From NCBI GenBank assembly GCA_041946805.1, contig JBHGBC010000104.1:1-21359 (forward strand): 21,359 nt of DNA, in the 5' to 3' direction. The stretch is from a bacterium (lineage in GTDB: Bacteria > Hinthialibacterota > Hinthialibacteria > Hinthialibacterales > Hinthialibacteraceae). The position numbers were made by a program, and so were the translations under genes. Below, in pieces: positions 9,405 through 18,177 of the stretch; the first letter of the stretch is position 1; the number at the start of each line of letters is the position of its first letter. The notes under the pieces are model-generated. The model was not told the origin of the DNA. It was given only the letters and a program-made list of their open reading frames with translations, and ran no database searches.

Positions 9405-10316
9405 ATGAATATCCTGCACATCTCACAGCATTCAATCAGAAAATTGATTTTTCTTTTGTGTCTATGTGGAGCAGTCACACCTGCCATTTCCCAAGAATAT
9501 AGGATTCGCGAATTCGAAGAATGTGAAGAGATCGCAAATGTTTGTACTCGTGTAGGCATTGGATTTCCATTCAATCAACCATACCGATTGAAATATAACG
9601 GCTATACTTTTGTCATTGGGAAAAGAATTCAGGAATTGTCAACTAACCGTTTTTGGGAAGACACCAATTATCGGAAAGGGATGCTCCGGGACATAATCCA
9701 TGATTCCTGGAAAAAGGCGAATAATCTGCCTATTGAAGGTTTTATAAATTACGGAGCGTTGCAGGAAAAACAACCAGACATTGATGTTTCATTATTATTG
9801 GCTGCCATGGTCATAGCAGGTCATACAGGGGATATTATGGACATCGAACCGTTTCTGGAATTTGCCCCTGTATTTTACGGTACTCCCGGTGAGTCGAAAT
9901 TGCAAAGGACTTTTATTTCGTATACCGATGAAGAAATCAATAGGGATTTGTCACCCAATCAGGCACATGCGTTTTGGCCTGCGGCTAATGCCATAAACTC
10001 GAATACAGAAATTGTAAAACCTTTATTAATGCAAGCCATTAAAAATGAAAGTTTGAATGATGTTTTACGATGGCGCGCTGCGGCATTTTTGCATGAAATG
10101 GATTCAATGGCGATTACTCCCAATTACGTTAATACGATTGAAAATCGGCAAACCGCGAAAATCATCCAACTCATTGTAAGCAACAACTACAGATGGAAAA
10201 CCATTTACCCTGGACTGGGTAATCCTCATCCCGAAAGGATGAAATTGATCGAGCGCGATCGGAAATATCGCGAACTTATAAATGAGAGATACAAGCCACT
10301 CCCATCGAATAATTGA
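9405..10316 (+). CDS. Secreted hypothetical protein, 303 aa, largely helical
   Basis: GGAGG RBS at 9391..9395. Signal peptide ...RKLIFLLCLCGAVTPAIS|QE. Lies 33 nt after the preceding stop, so probably co-transcribed. Confidence 0.8.
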   Translation: MNILHISQHSIRKLIFLLCLCGAVTPAISQEYRIREFEECEEIANVCTRVGIGFPFNQPYRLKYNGYTFVIGKRIQELSTNRFWEDTNYRKGMLRDIIHDSWKKANNLPIEGFINYGALQEKQPDIDVSLLLAAMVIAGHTGDIMDIEPFLEFAPVFYGTPGESKLQRTFISYTDEEINRDLSPNQAHAFWPAANAINSNTEIVKPLLMQAIKNESLNDVLRWRAAAFLHEMDSMAITPNYVNTIENRQTAKIIQLIVSNNYRWKTIYPGLGNPHPERMKLIERDRKYRELINERYKPLPSNN

Positions 10317-10412
10317 TCTTCATTCGAAAATCATATACATTCGCGTTATCATGAATTCAAATAGGAAGAAAAACTGCTAACAATATTCCTTGCATATTGA
10401 AGAAAAGAAATT

Positions 10413-10627
10413 TAGGTTCATCCGGCAAGTGCATACCTGATAAAGAAAACGGTATTCTATCCACTCCATCTATTGGGGCGGACACCAGGGTCTGCCCCTA
10501 CAAAAATTCCCTCACCCTAGCCCTCTCCCAGAGGGAGAGGGAATTATGGGGGGTGGTTTTCATCGATCATATCGAAGAGATGCGAACCGGCGATCTGAAA
10601 AAAAGTACGCACTTGCCGGATGAGTCA
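10413..10627. mobile_element. Complete ~215-bp MITE-like element with ~24-bp terminal inverted repeats and two internal REPs
   Basis: Left end TAGGTTCATCCGGCAAGTGCATAC (10413..10436); right end GTACGCACTTGCCGGATGAGTCA (10605..10627). Internal GTAG REP (10476..10501) and CCCTCACC REP (10509..10541). No convincing ORF. Confidence 0.7.
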
Positions 10628-10688
10628 AAAATCAGTACTGCATTCCGGTAGATACACCGGATGAACCTCGAAAAAAGGGGATTGAGGC

Positions 10689-10946
10689 ATGCCCATTTGG
10701 TGCGACCTGGAATGCCCGGAGGCGGCGTGGCCGGACGGCGAAGGCTTGGACGGTTCGGGATCCTGCCGGACGTTTCTGGCCGTGTATTGCCGAAAACACC
10801 ACCAGCTGAACAAGAAGAACGCTTTGTGTTTGGATGTTCCCCCCGGGGACACGAGGGGAAAAATCCACCCGGCCTTGCAATCCATCCCCCGGCGGCCCTC
10901 CAAGGGATGGCGGATCCAAAAGAGCCGGGGCAGAAAAACGGATTGA
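10689..10946 (+). CDS. Small Cys-rich hypothetical protein, 85 aa
   Basis: GGGGATTGAGG precedes the ATG. Protein-like N-terminal 47 aa: WCDLECP...LDGSGSCRTF..VYC...KNALC (5 Cys), followed by a basic low-complexity tail. Confidence 0.6.
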   Translation: MPIWCDLECPEAAWPDGEGLDGSGSCRTFLAVYCRKHHQLNKKNALCLDVPPGDTRGKIHPALQSIPRRPSKGWRIQKSRGRKTD

Positions 10947-11152
10947 GAGAAGAACATTCACGCCGTGGATCCTGCCATAACACGATCCGGCACGATTCCA
11001 GGGATACCCAATCCATTCGGCCTTTTCAATTTTCCCGCCTTCGATACAATTCTTGGATGAACGATCTTTTCCGAAAAGTGCCCAAAATCAATGCATTTGG
11101 ATCGGTCCCGGAGGATTCGGCCGGGACACGGCATCCAGAGATGAGGATCATT

Positions 11153-13687
11153 ATGTCCACCCGGAATAGCCCGGTTTCGGAGATCACTCCGGTTGAAGGC
11201 GCGCCCGATCATTTTCCGTTCCGCGAGGCCGAAGCGAAATGGCAGAAGGCCTGGAAAGAGGCCAACCTGTTCGGCCGGTCCGAGGAAGGCGATAAGCCCA
11301 AGTTCTACTGCCTGGAGATGTTCCCGTATCCCTCGGGCAAACTGCACATGGGCCATTTGCGCAATTACACCATCGGCGACGTCATGGCCCGCTTCTACCA
11401 GATGAAGGGCTTCCGGGTGCTGCATCCCATGGGGTATGACGCCTTCGGCCTGCCCGCCGAGAACGCGGCCATCAAGCATAAGGTGCACCCCGCCGTGTGG
11501 ACCGAGAACAACATCCGCGAAATGCGGCAGCAACAGGAAGCGTTGGGTCTTTCCTACGATTGGAGCCGAGAGGTGGCCACCTGCCGCGAGGATTATTACA
11601 AGTGGGGCCAGTGGCTGTTCCTCAAGTTCTGGGAAAAGGGGCTCGTGTACCGTAAGGAGGGGCTGCTCAACTGGTGTCCCACCTGCCGGACGGTGCTGGC
11701 CAACGAGCAGGTGGTCAACGGCCAGTGCTGGCGGTGCGACGCGTCCGTCACGCAAAAATACTTGCCGCAATGGTATATCCGGATCACCGCCTACGCGGAC
11801 GAGCTGCTGCATGACTTGGATCAACTTGGAGGCTGGCCCAACAAGGTGCTGATCATGCAGCGCAACTGGATCGGACGGTCCGAAGGGGCCGAGATCGTGT
11901 TCCGCGCCGCCGGCGGACCCCAGGATGGAACTCCCATCCCGGTGTTCACCACCCGGCCGGACACACTGTTCGGGGCGACCTACATGGTGCTGGCGCCCGA
12001 GCATCCCCTGGTGGAAAATCTGATCACCGGCACGCCGGAGGAAGCGGCCTGCCGCGCGTTCATCCAAAAGGTCGCCCGGATGGACAAGGCCGTCCGCACC
12101 GACGAGGCCACCAAGAAAGAGGGCGTGTTCACGGGCCGGCACTCCATCAATCCAGTCAACCAAGAGAAGATTCCCATCTGGATCGCCAATTACGTGTTGG
12201 CCGAGTACGGGACCGGCGCGATCATGGCCGTCCCCGCTCATGACCAGCGCGATTTCGATTTCGCCCGGGAATACGGTCTGCCCATGCGCCTGGTGATCCA
12301 GCCGGAAGGCGCGGTGTTCCATTCCGCCGAAGAAATGACCGCCGCCTGGGTGGACGATGGAATCATGGTCAACTCCGGCCCCTTTAACGGAACGCCCAAC
12401 GAGGAGGGCAAGCGGAAAATCATCGCGTGGCTGGATGAACAAGGGCTCGGAAAGGGCACGGTCAATTACCGCCTGCGGGATTGGGGCGTCTCCCGCCAAC
12501 GCTACTGGGGCATGCCGATTCCCCTGGTGCATTGCGGCAAGTGCGGCATCGTGGCGGTTCCCTATGATCAACTGCCGGTCGAACTGCCCCGGGACGTGGA
12601 GATCACCGGCGAAGGCTCGCCCCTCGTCCGGCACGCGGCTTTCGTCAATACCTCATGCCCCCGATGCGGTTCACCCGCGCGGCGCGAGACGGACACCATC
12701 GACACGTTCTGGGATTCATCCTGGTATTTCCTGCGCTACACCGACGCCCGCAACGAGACAGCGCCCTTCGATCCCCAAACAGCCGCCCGGTGGATGCCGG
12801 TGGACCTCTATATCGGCGGAGTCGAACACGCCGTCCTGCATTTGCTCTATTCCCGCTTCTTCACCAAGGCCCTGCGGGATATCGGCCTGGTCAACGTCAG
12901 CGAACCCTTCACCAATCTGCTGACTCAGGGCATGGTCACCAAGGACGGCTTCAAGATGTCCAAGTCCAAGGGCAACGTGGTGGATCCCGGCGAGATTTTG
13001 AATACCTACGGAGCGGACGCCGCCCGCGTCTTCATCCTCTTCACCTCGCCGCCCGAGCGCGACCTGGAATGGAGCGACGAAGGAGTCGTGGGCGCGTCGA
13101 GGTTCATTGACCGCGTCTACCGCCTGGTCATGAAATACGCCCCGGCGCTGCGTCAACCGACCCAGGCCGCCGGCGGGCCCAGCCCGGCCGCGATCCAATT
13201 GCGCCGTGCCTGCCACAAGACCATCGAGGGCGTCCGCGGCGACGTGGAGGAACGCATCGCCCTCAACACGGCCATCGCCAAGATCATGGAACTGGTCAAT
13301 GAGATGTATCGTTTCACCGAGGGCGGAGCAATTCCGGCCGCCGATTTCCCCCTTTTCAAGGAAACGGTGGAAACGCTGCTTTTGTTGCTTTCTCCCTTCG
13401 CGCCGCATTTGAGCGATGAACTCTGGCGGGCCACGGGGCATGAGGGCTTTCTCTACGATCACCCCTGGCCGGTTTGCGATCCCGCCCAATTGCGGACCGA
13501 GACCATCACCCTGGTGGTGCAGGTCAACGGCAAGGTGCGCGGAAAAGTCACGGTTCCCGAAGGCGCGGACGAGGGTACCATTTGGCAAGCCGTATTGCAG
13601 GAGCCGCAGATCACCCGCTGGTTGAATGGAAAAGAGCCGCGCAAGAAAGTTTACGTACCTGGAAAATTGCTGAATATTGTGGTTTAA
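11153..13687 (+). CDS. leuS: Leucine--tRNA ligase, 844 aa
   Basis: MFPYPSGKLHMGH (HIGH), KMSKSKGN, editing-domain FTTRPDT and GTGAIMAVPAHDQRD, RDWGVSRQRYWG, C-terminal VQVNGKVR. Start set at ATG 11153 after GAGGA; ATG 11141 is an alternative. Confidence 0.97.
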   Translation: MSTRNSPVSEITPVEGAPDHFPFREAEAKWQKAWKEANLFGRSEEGDKPKFYCLEMFPYPSGKLHMGHLRNYTIGDVMARFYQMKGFRVLHPMGYDAFGLPAENAAIKHKVHPAVWTENNIREMRQQQEALGLSYDWSREVATCREDYYKWGQWLFLKFWEKGLVYRKEGLLNWCPTCRTVLANEQVVNGQCWRCDASVTQKYLPQWYIRITAYADELLHDLDQLGGWPNKVLIMQRNWIGRSEGAEIVFRAAGGPQDGTPIPVFTTRPDTLFGATYMVLAPEHPLVENLITGTPEEAACRAFIQKVARMDKAVRTDEATKKEGVFTGRHSINPVNQEKIPIWIANYVLAEYGTGAIMAVPAHDQRDFDFAREYGLPMRLVIQPEGAVFHSAEEMTAAWVDDGIMVNSGPFNGTPNEEGKRKIIAWLDEQGLGKGTVNYRLRDWGVSRQRYWGMPIPLVHCGKCGIVAVPYDQLPVELPRDVEITGEGSPLVRHAAFVNTSCPRCGSPARRETDTIDTFWDSSWYFLRYTDARNETAPFDPQTAARWMPVDLYIGGVEHAVLHLLYSRFFTKALRDIGLVNVSEPFTNLLTQGMVTKDGFKMSKSKGNVVDPGEILNTYGADAARVFILFTSPPERDLEWSDEGVVGASRFIDRVYRLVMKYAPALRQPTQAAGGPSPAAIQLRRACHKTIEGVRGDVEERIALNTAIAKIMELVNEMYRFTEGGAIPAADFPLFKETVETLLLLLSPFAPHLSDELWRATGHEGFLYDHPWPVCDPAQLRTETITLVVQVNGKVRGKVTVPEGADEGTIWQAVLQEPQITRWLNGKEPRKKVYVPGKLLNIVV

Positions 13688-13771
13688 TCTCCCAGGCTTA
13701 TATGATGGATTCCCCTGGGCCGCGGACCGGCCGGGAACCGAGTATGCGCATCGCATGGGGGATTATGCATC

Positions 13772-14488
13772 ATGCAGCGCGGCGAATTGGCATTAGGCGC
13801 TGTGCTTCTGGCTATTTTACTGGCGGGGATCGCCTACGAGAATTACCGGGGCGCGGACAAAACCGCGGAGCTGGTCATTACCCATTCCAATCAGACTCCC
13901 TTCGACGCAGGGTCCACTGCTTCCTCGCCCACTACCTCTTCGCCCTCCAGGCCTATCGCGTCCACCGTTCCGCCGGCGGCCGATACCTCCGGCGCACTCG
14001 TGCGGTTTTTGAATCAGACGAGCCTTGAGCAATTGCTCGAAGCGCCGGGAATCGGCCCGGTTCTGGCCCGGCGCATTCTGGACAAGCGCGCCGCGCTGGG
14101 GAGTTTCACCGACATCCAGCAAATCAACGAGGTCAGCGGCATCGGCCAGGCCAAGATGAACGATCTGCTGGATTACGCGGAATCCTTATCCAGGAAAACG
14201 ATCCCCATGATCCGTCCCACCGCTTCCGCCCCGGGGACATCGCCTCCACGCCTTCCCCTGCGCCTGTCCAAGGCAAGCGGCGCATCACCCCGGAAAATTC
14301 CGCTGAACCAGGCCACCCGCGAGGATTTGATGAAGGTATCCGGCGTCGGGGAGCACCTGGCGGATGCGCTTCTCCAGGCCCGGTCCCAAAGCAAGGGATT
14401 CAAGAGCTGGAAAGAGGTGGACGCCGTTTCCGGCATCGGGGCGAGCCGGTTGAAGCAGTTGCAGGAGTATTTCACGTTGCCGGAGTGA
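13772..14488 (+). CDS. comEA: ComEA-like DNA-binding protein with an N-terminal membrane anchor and two helix-hairpin-helix modules
   Basis: TM segment LALGAVLLAILLAGIAY and a Ser/Pro/Thr linker. Modules LNQTSLEQLLEAPGIGPVLA...VSGIG and LNQATREDLMKVSGVGEHLA...VSGIG. Confidence 0.8.
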   Translation: MQRGELALGAVLLAILLAGIAYENYRGADKTAELVITHSNQTPFDAGSTASSPTTSSPSRPIASTVPPAADTSGALVRFLNQTSLEQLLEAPGIGPVLARRILDKRAALGSFTDIQQINEVSGIGQAKMNDLLDYAESLSRKTIPMIRPTASAPGTSPPRLPLRLSKASGASPRKIPLNQATREDLMKVSGVGEHLADALLQARSQSKGFKSWKEVDAVSGIGASRLKQLQEYFTLPE

Positions 14489-14489
14489 G

Positions 14490-14520
14490 AAAGAAAATCC
14501 CCCGGGGGAAGCCCGGGGGA
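14490..14520 (-). terminator. Probable intrinsic terminator between the convergent comEA-like and isomerase genes
   Basis: Stem TCCCCCGGG / CCCGGGGGA with a 5-nt loop. AAAGAAAA on the left gives a U-rich tail on the minus strand. Confidence 0.6.
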
Positions 14521-14582
14521 GATGAAATGCCGCAGCCGGAAATAAAGCAGGAAAAACAAGCCGGAATATCGGATATTCCGGT

Positions 14583-16148
14583 TTACACGGTCAGATTCAT
14601 CCATTCGATGCCCACTTTGCTCAGCGCGTAGCCGGTTTCCTTGAGATAGTTGTCGTAGCAGGCCATCCAGTGGAAACCGCGTGTTTCCTCGTTGAGTTTC
14701 TCGGTGCTGGCGTTGATTTGCACGTCGATCTGCGAACGGCAGATGTCGAGGAAGGGATTGTCGACGATCTCGGCCTCGAATCCGAGCCACCGTTTGAAAT
14801 TGAAGTCCGGATCGATGACCGTCATTTTCTGTCCCAGTTTCATTTCCACCTTGGGCGCCGCGCCGAAGTCGGACTCGAAGTGGGTCAGGATGCGGGCCGG
14901 TTCGTAATTGACACCATCCATCTTGCGGGGGGCGGTGCAATGGGCCAAGGTGACCACCCCATCGTGCGGGTAGGTGGGATCGTTGAAGAACTGCGGTTTG
15001 CCGGAGAGGTAATGCAGCAGAATGCCCGAGGGGATCACGACGAAGTCCGATTCGCAGAAGGCCATGTAGCCGTCGTCGTTCAGGAAGTTGAGGGGCATGC
15101 AGGCCGTGGTTTTCGAGACTTGCATGATGGTTCCCATACAGGCGTTGATGGTGAGGGCGTCGGTCTTGTGCTCGGCCATCAGCTCGTGGAAAACCTCGGT
15201 GAGCAAGAAGCACTTGGCGACGAAATCCTCGGCGGTTTCGAGAGTGATGCCGTCCTGGCTCAGGAACTTCTTGGCGTCTTCCTGGCTCTTTTTCACCAGG
15301 GTGGCGTTCTGATTGAACCGGGCGATGCGCTGGCCGAGTTCGTCGTAAGAAACGTCCACCAGGTTCATCTTGAAGACGTCCTTGGAGAGTTGGGGGGCTT
15401 TCTGACCGCCATCGCCCCAGCCGCTGGCGCCGCCGATGCACAGGATCTTTTTGCCCAAGGTGTTCTTCAGCCCGGCGAGCGCCCGCAGCCGCCACAGCAC
15501 CTCGTCATGGCGGTCGACCACGACGTCCTGGTTGCTGACGCCCGGCTGACCGTATTCGTCCACGGTTTTGCGCAGGAAACGGTTGTGGATGATTTCATAC
15601 CACACATAGACCGGACCCGACTTGTGGCGCAGGAAAATAATCGTCCATTTCTTGGGATCGGTCAGCGTTTCCAGCACGTCCCCGCCGGCGGTGCCCGCGT
15701 ACATGAGCATCACATCGTGATCGCCCTTCACCAGTTGGGCCGCCTCGGCGTTGTTTCTCACCATGGCCACGGGAAGGATTTCCAAGGGAAACTCGGCGCT
15801 TTGTTTCATTTCATCCAATTCCCGCGTAATGCGGTCCCGTTCCTCGGCCGCGTCCTGTTCCGTGTGGATGCCTCCCCAGCCGCGCCAGCTGGTGCCTTCG
15901 TGCCGGGTGGGGATGCTGTACGTAAACACCGGCTGTACTTTCAGGGGCAAACGGATGGGCTCGATCCGCTGGACTTCCTGCGCCGATGCGGCGGCTCCGA
16001 AGGCGGACAGCGCCATCGTGCCGGCGGCCGCCGTCCCCATGCCGGCCATGAAACCGCGCCGGGTGATGCCTGGCGTCCGGCCGGGGCACACCCGCGAGGT
16101 ACAACAACCGCATTGGGGGGAATTCATTTTCGTGGGATGGATACTCAT
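14583..16148 (-). CDS. Tat-signal L-fucose/L-arabinose isomerase-like protein (putative sugar isomerase)
   Basis: TRRGFMAG twin-arginine signal with ASA|Q cleavage. DALTINACM, TTACMPL, AFCESD, FFNDP, LAHCTAP and CRSQI correspond to the CExD / D / HC motifs of the FucI/AraA superfamily C-terminal half. Confidence 0.7.
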   Translation of the reverse strand: MSIHPTKMNSPQCGCCTSRVCPGRTPGITRRGFMAGMGTAAAGTMALSAFGAAASAQEVQRIEPIRLPLKVQPVFTYSIPTRHEGTSWRGWGGIHTEQDAAEERDRITRELDEMKQSAEFPLEILPVAMVRNNAEAAQLVKGDHDVMLMYAGTAGGDVLETLTDPKKWTIIFLRHKSGPVYVWYEIIHNRFLRKTVDEYGQPGVSNQDVVVDRHDEVLWRLRALAGLKNTLGKKILCIGGASGWGDGGQKAPQLSKDVFKMNLVDVSYDELGQRIARFNQNATLVKKSQEDAKKFLSQDGITLETAEDFVAKCFLLTEVFHELMAEHKTDALTINACMGTIMQVSKTTACMPLNFLNDDGYMAFCESDFVVIPSGILLHYLSGKPQFFNDPTYPHDGVVTLAHCTAPRKMDGVNYEPARILTHFESDFGAAPKVEMKLGQKMTVIDPDFNFKRWLGFEAEIVDNPFLDICRSQIDVQINASTEKLNEETRGFHWMACYDNYLKETGYALSKVGIEWMNLTV

Positions 16149-16257
16149 GATCGCACACCTTTCTTGTTTCTACGAAGAGATCGACCCGGATGAAAGAAAG
16201 CGGTGGAGAAGATCCCGCTGATTCCTTCCACACGACAGGTTCGTACGAGTTGGGCCA

Positions 16258-17493
16258 TTATAGCAAAATCGTTCCCGAATCTCGACTGAATCGCACAACT
16301 TTTTGTTCCCGCAGCGCGAAAACCCCCATCTGGAGGGCGGTCTGGACGGGATAGGCGAGATCCATCGGGCTCCAGGGCGTTTCGCGGGTGCGGCAGCAGG
16401 TCAGGAAATTGCGCCAGAAATCCACCATGGATTCCTTGCGTTGGACCGGATCCACCTTGGGAGGCCTTTCCACCCCGGGCTGGGGTTTGACGAGGATGTT
16501 GTCGCCCTCGAACATCAACGTTCCTTCCTCGCCCCGGACCACCGTTGGGACGGGAAAATCGTTCCCCAGGGTGCAGAGCAGCACCACCGAAATGCCCTCG
16601 GGAAAATCCAGGAGCAGGTTGAACGTATCGGGCACCTCGCGCTCGCCGTCGTACCGGAACTTACCTCCCGAGGCGCAGACCGTGGCCGGAAACGAGACAT
16701 TGAGCATCCGCAGGAGCGGCGCGAAGGTATGGGGAAACAGGTCGGTGGAGGGGCCGCCGGCGTAGTCCCAATACATCCGCCACTGAAAAAACCGGCTGAC
16801 GGAGAAATCGCGCTTGGGCGCGTCGCCCAAAAAGGTGTCCCACAGCAGATCGGGTCCCGGTTTCGCCCCGGGATCATCGACCGGCATGCGCTCGCCCCAG
16901 TCGCCGATCCGGAAATAGCCGGCCTGCGCATGGACCGGTTGGCCGATGGCCCCTTCCTGGATCATGCGGGCGGCCTGGGTCCATGCGCTGCTGCTGAGGG
17001 TTTGGGTGCCGGTCTGGACCACGCGCTTGGAAACATTGACGGCCTGGATCACCTTCCGGGTCAGCTCCACCTGCCGCCAGTGGGTCAGCGGTTTTTCGCA
17101 ATACGCGTCCTTGCCCGCCTCGCAGGCGTCAAGCAGTTGGTACCCGTGCCAATGGTCCGGCGTGGCGATCAAGACGGCGTCCACCTCCGGATCCGCGAGC
17201 AGTTCCTGATGGTGCATATAGGGATGCGCGCCGGTTTTATCGGCGGCCTTGATCAGGCGGGGACGGTACACATCGCAGACCGCCGTGACGGCCAGGTTCT
17301 CGCCGGCTTCCTTGACCTGGTTCAACGTGCTGAGATGATCGCTGCCCCGGCCGCCGCAGCCGATCACGCCAAGACCCAGGCGGTCATTGGCTCCCCGGAC
17401 GGAGCGGGGGATGATCCCGGCCGCCGCCCAGGCCGTCAAACCGGTGGTGAAACTCCGGCGGGACACGATCCCTGATTCACGTTTTGCGCCCAT
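16258..17493 (-). CDS. Tat-signal Gfo/Idh/MocA-family oxidoreductase, 411 aa
   Basis: SRRSF signal; LGVIGCGGRG, AVCDV, IATPDHWH, KDAYCEKP, WRMYWDYAGG..TD..PH and ASGG...REVPD motifs. ATG 17493 follows GAGGTG. Confidence 0.9.
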   Translation of the reverse strand: MGAKRESGIVSRRSFTTGLTAWAAAGIIPRSVRGANDRLGLGVIGCGGRGSDHLSTLNQVKEAGENLAVTAVCDVYRPRLIKAADKTGAHPYMHHQELLADPEVDAVLIATPDHWHGYQLLDACEAGKDAYCEKPLTHWRQVELTRKVIQAVNVSKRVVQTGTQTLSSSAWTQAARMIQEGAIGQPVHAQAGYFRIGDWGERMPVDDPGAKPGPDLLWDTFLGDAPKRDFSVSRFFQWRMYWDYAGGPSTDLFPHTFAPLLRMLNVSFPATVCASGGKFRYDGEREVPDTFNLLLDFPEGISVVLLCTLGNDFPVPTVVRGEEGTLMFEGDNILVKPQPGVERPPKVDPVQRKESMVDFWRNFLTCCRTRETPWSPMDLAYPVQTALQMGVFALREQKVVRFSRDSGTILL

Positions 17494-17680
17494 GCTGTTC
17501 ACCTCGTTCCCCGGAAATACGATTCCGGATATCTGAACATGACCAAGACTATAAACCATGGGTGAAAGGGGCGTCAACACAGCCCCGCCAAACGCCGTCC
17601 AGACTGTTCACCAGACGGGGGAGGCCCTATAATACGGCGGATTTCCATGACTGGCGATTTTTCTGGAAGGAGCCGGATGA

Positions 17681-18049
17681 ATGCCGAAGATCAAACGCAT
17701 CAACATGGTCTTTCTCTACGCGAAGGACATGGCCCGCATGCGCCGCTTTTACGAGGATACCCTGGGATTCACCGATCCGGTCATCGTGACCGATTTGTGG
17801 ATCGAGTATGAACTGCCGGGCGCGCACCTGGCCTTGCATCAAGGGGATCCCCGCGTCATCGAGGGGCACCATCCCGCCAAGAACACCGTCCGCTTCAGCC
17901 TGGAAGTGGATGATTTGCGCGCCTTCAGCCAGATCCTCAAGAACAAGGGGGTCGAGTTCACCTTCGAGCCCCGCGGCGATTTCAACTCCCTTCTGGCCGA
18001 GATCAAGGATGTAGAGGGGAATCCCATCCGGCTGATTCAGTATTTATGA
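17681..18049 (+). CDS. VOC (glyoxalase/bleomycin resistance) family protein
   Basis: DMARMRRFYEDTLGF, FSLEVDDL, LKNKGVEF and IKDVEGNPIRL. AAGGAG RBS. Confidence 0.88.
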   Translation: MPKIKRINMVFLYAKDMARMRRFYEDTLGFTDPVIVTDLWIEYELPGAHLALHQGDPRVIEGHHPAKNTVRFSLEVDDLRAFSQILKNKGVEFTFEPRGDFNSLLAEIKDVEGNPIRLIQYL

Positions 18050-18177
18050 GGGAGTGGTACGGGATCGCGGCAGGGCAGGATTTTGGCACGATCCGGTCAG
18101 GGCGCACATGAGGATGAAAAAAGCGCGCTCTCCACTCCATGAAGCGGCTGGACACGGAGGACCGCTCCGGCCCAATA

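Noticed and set aside
10661..11152. 164-codon N-terminal extension of LeuS in the 1008-aa ORF call
   Set aside because: Low-complexity Arg/Pro/Gly-rich translation that overlaps a better small ORF in another frame. LeuS similarity begins near HFPFREAEAKWQ, and a good RBS precedes ATG 11153.
10947..11152. T-box or other riboswitch leader upstream of leuS
   Set aside because: No T-box consensus (GGTGGNACCGCG) and no terminator/antiterminator pair seen.
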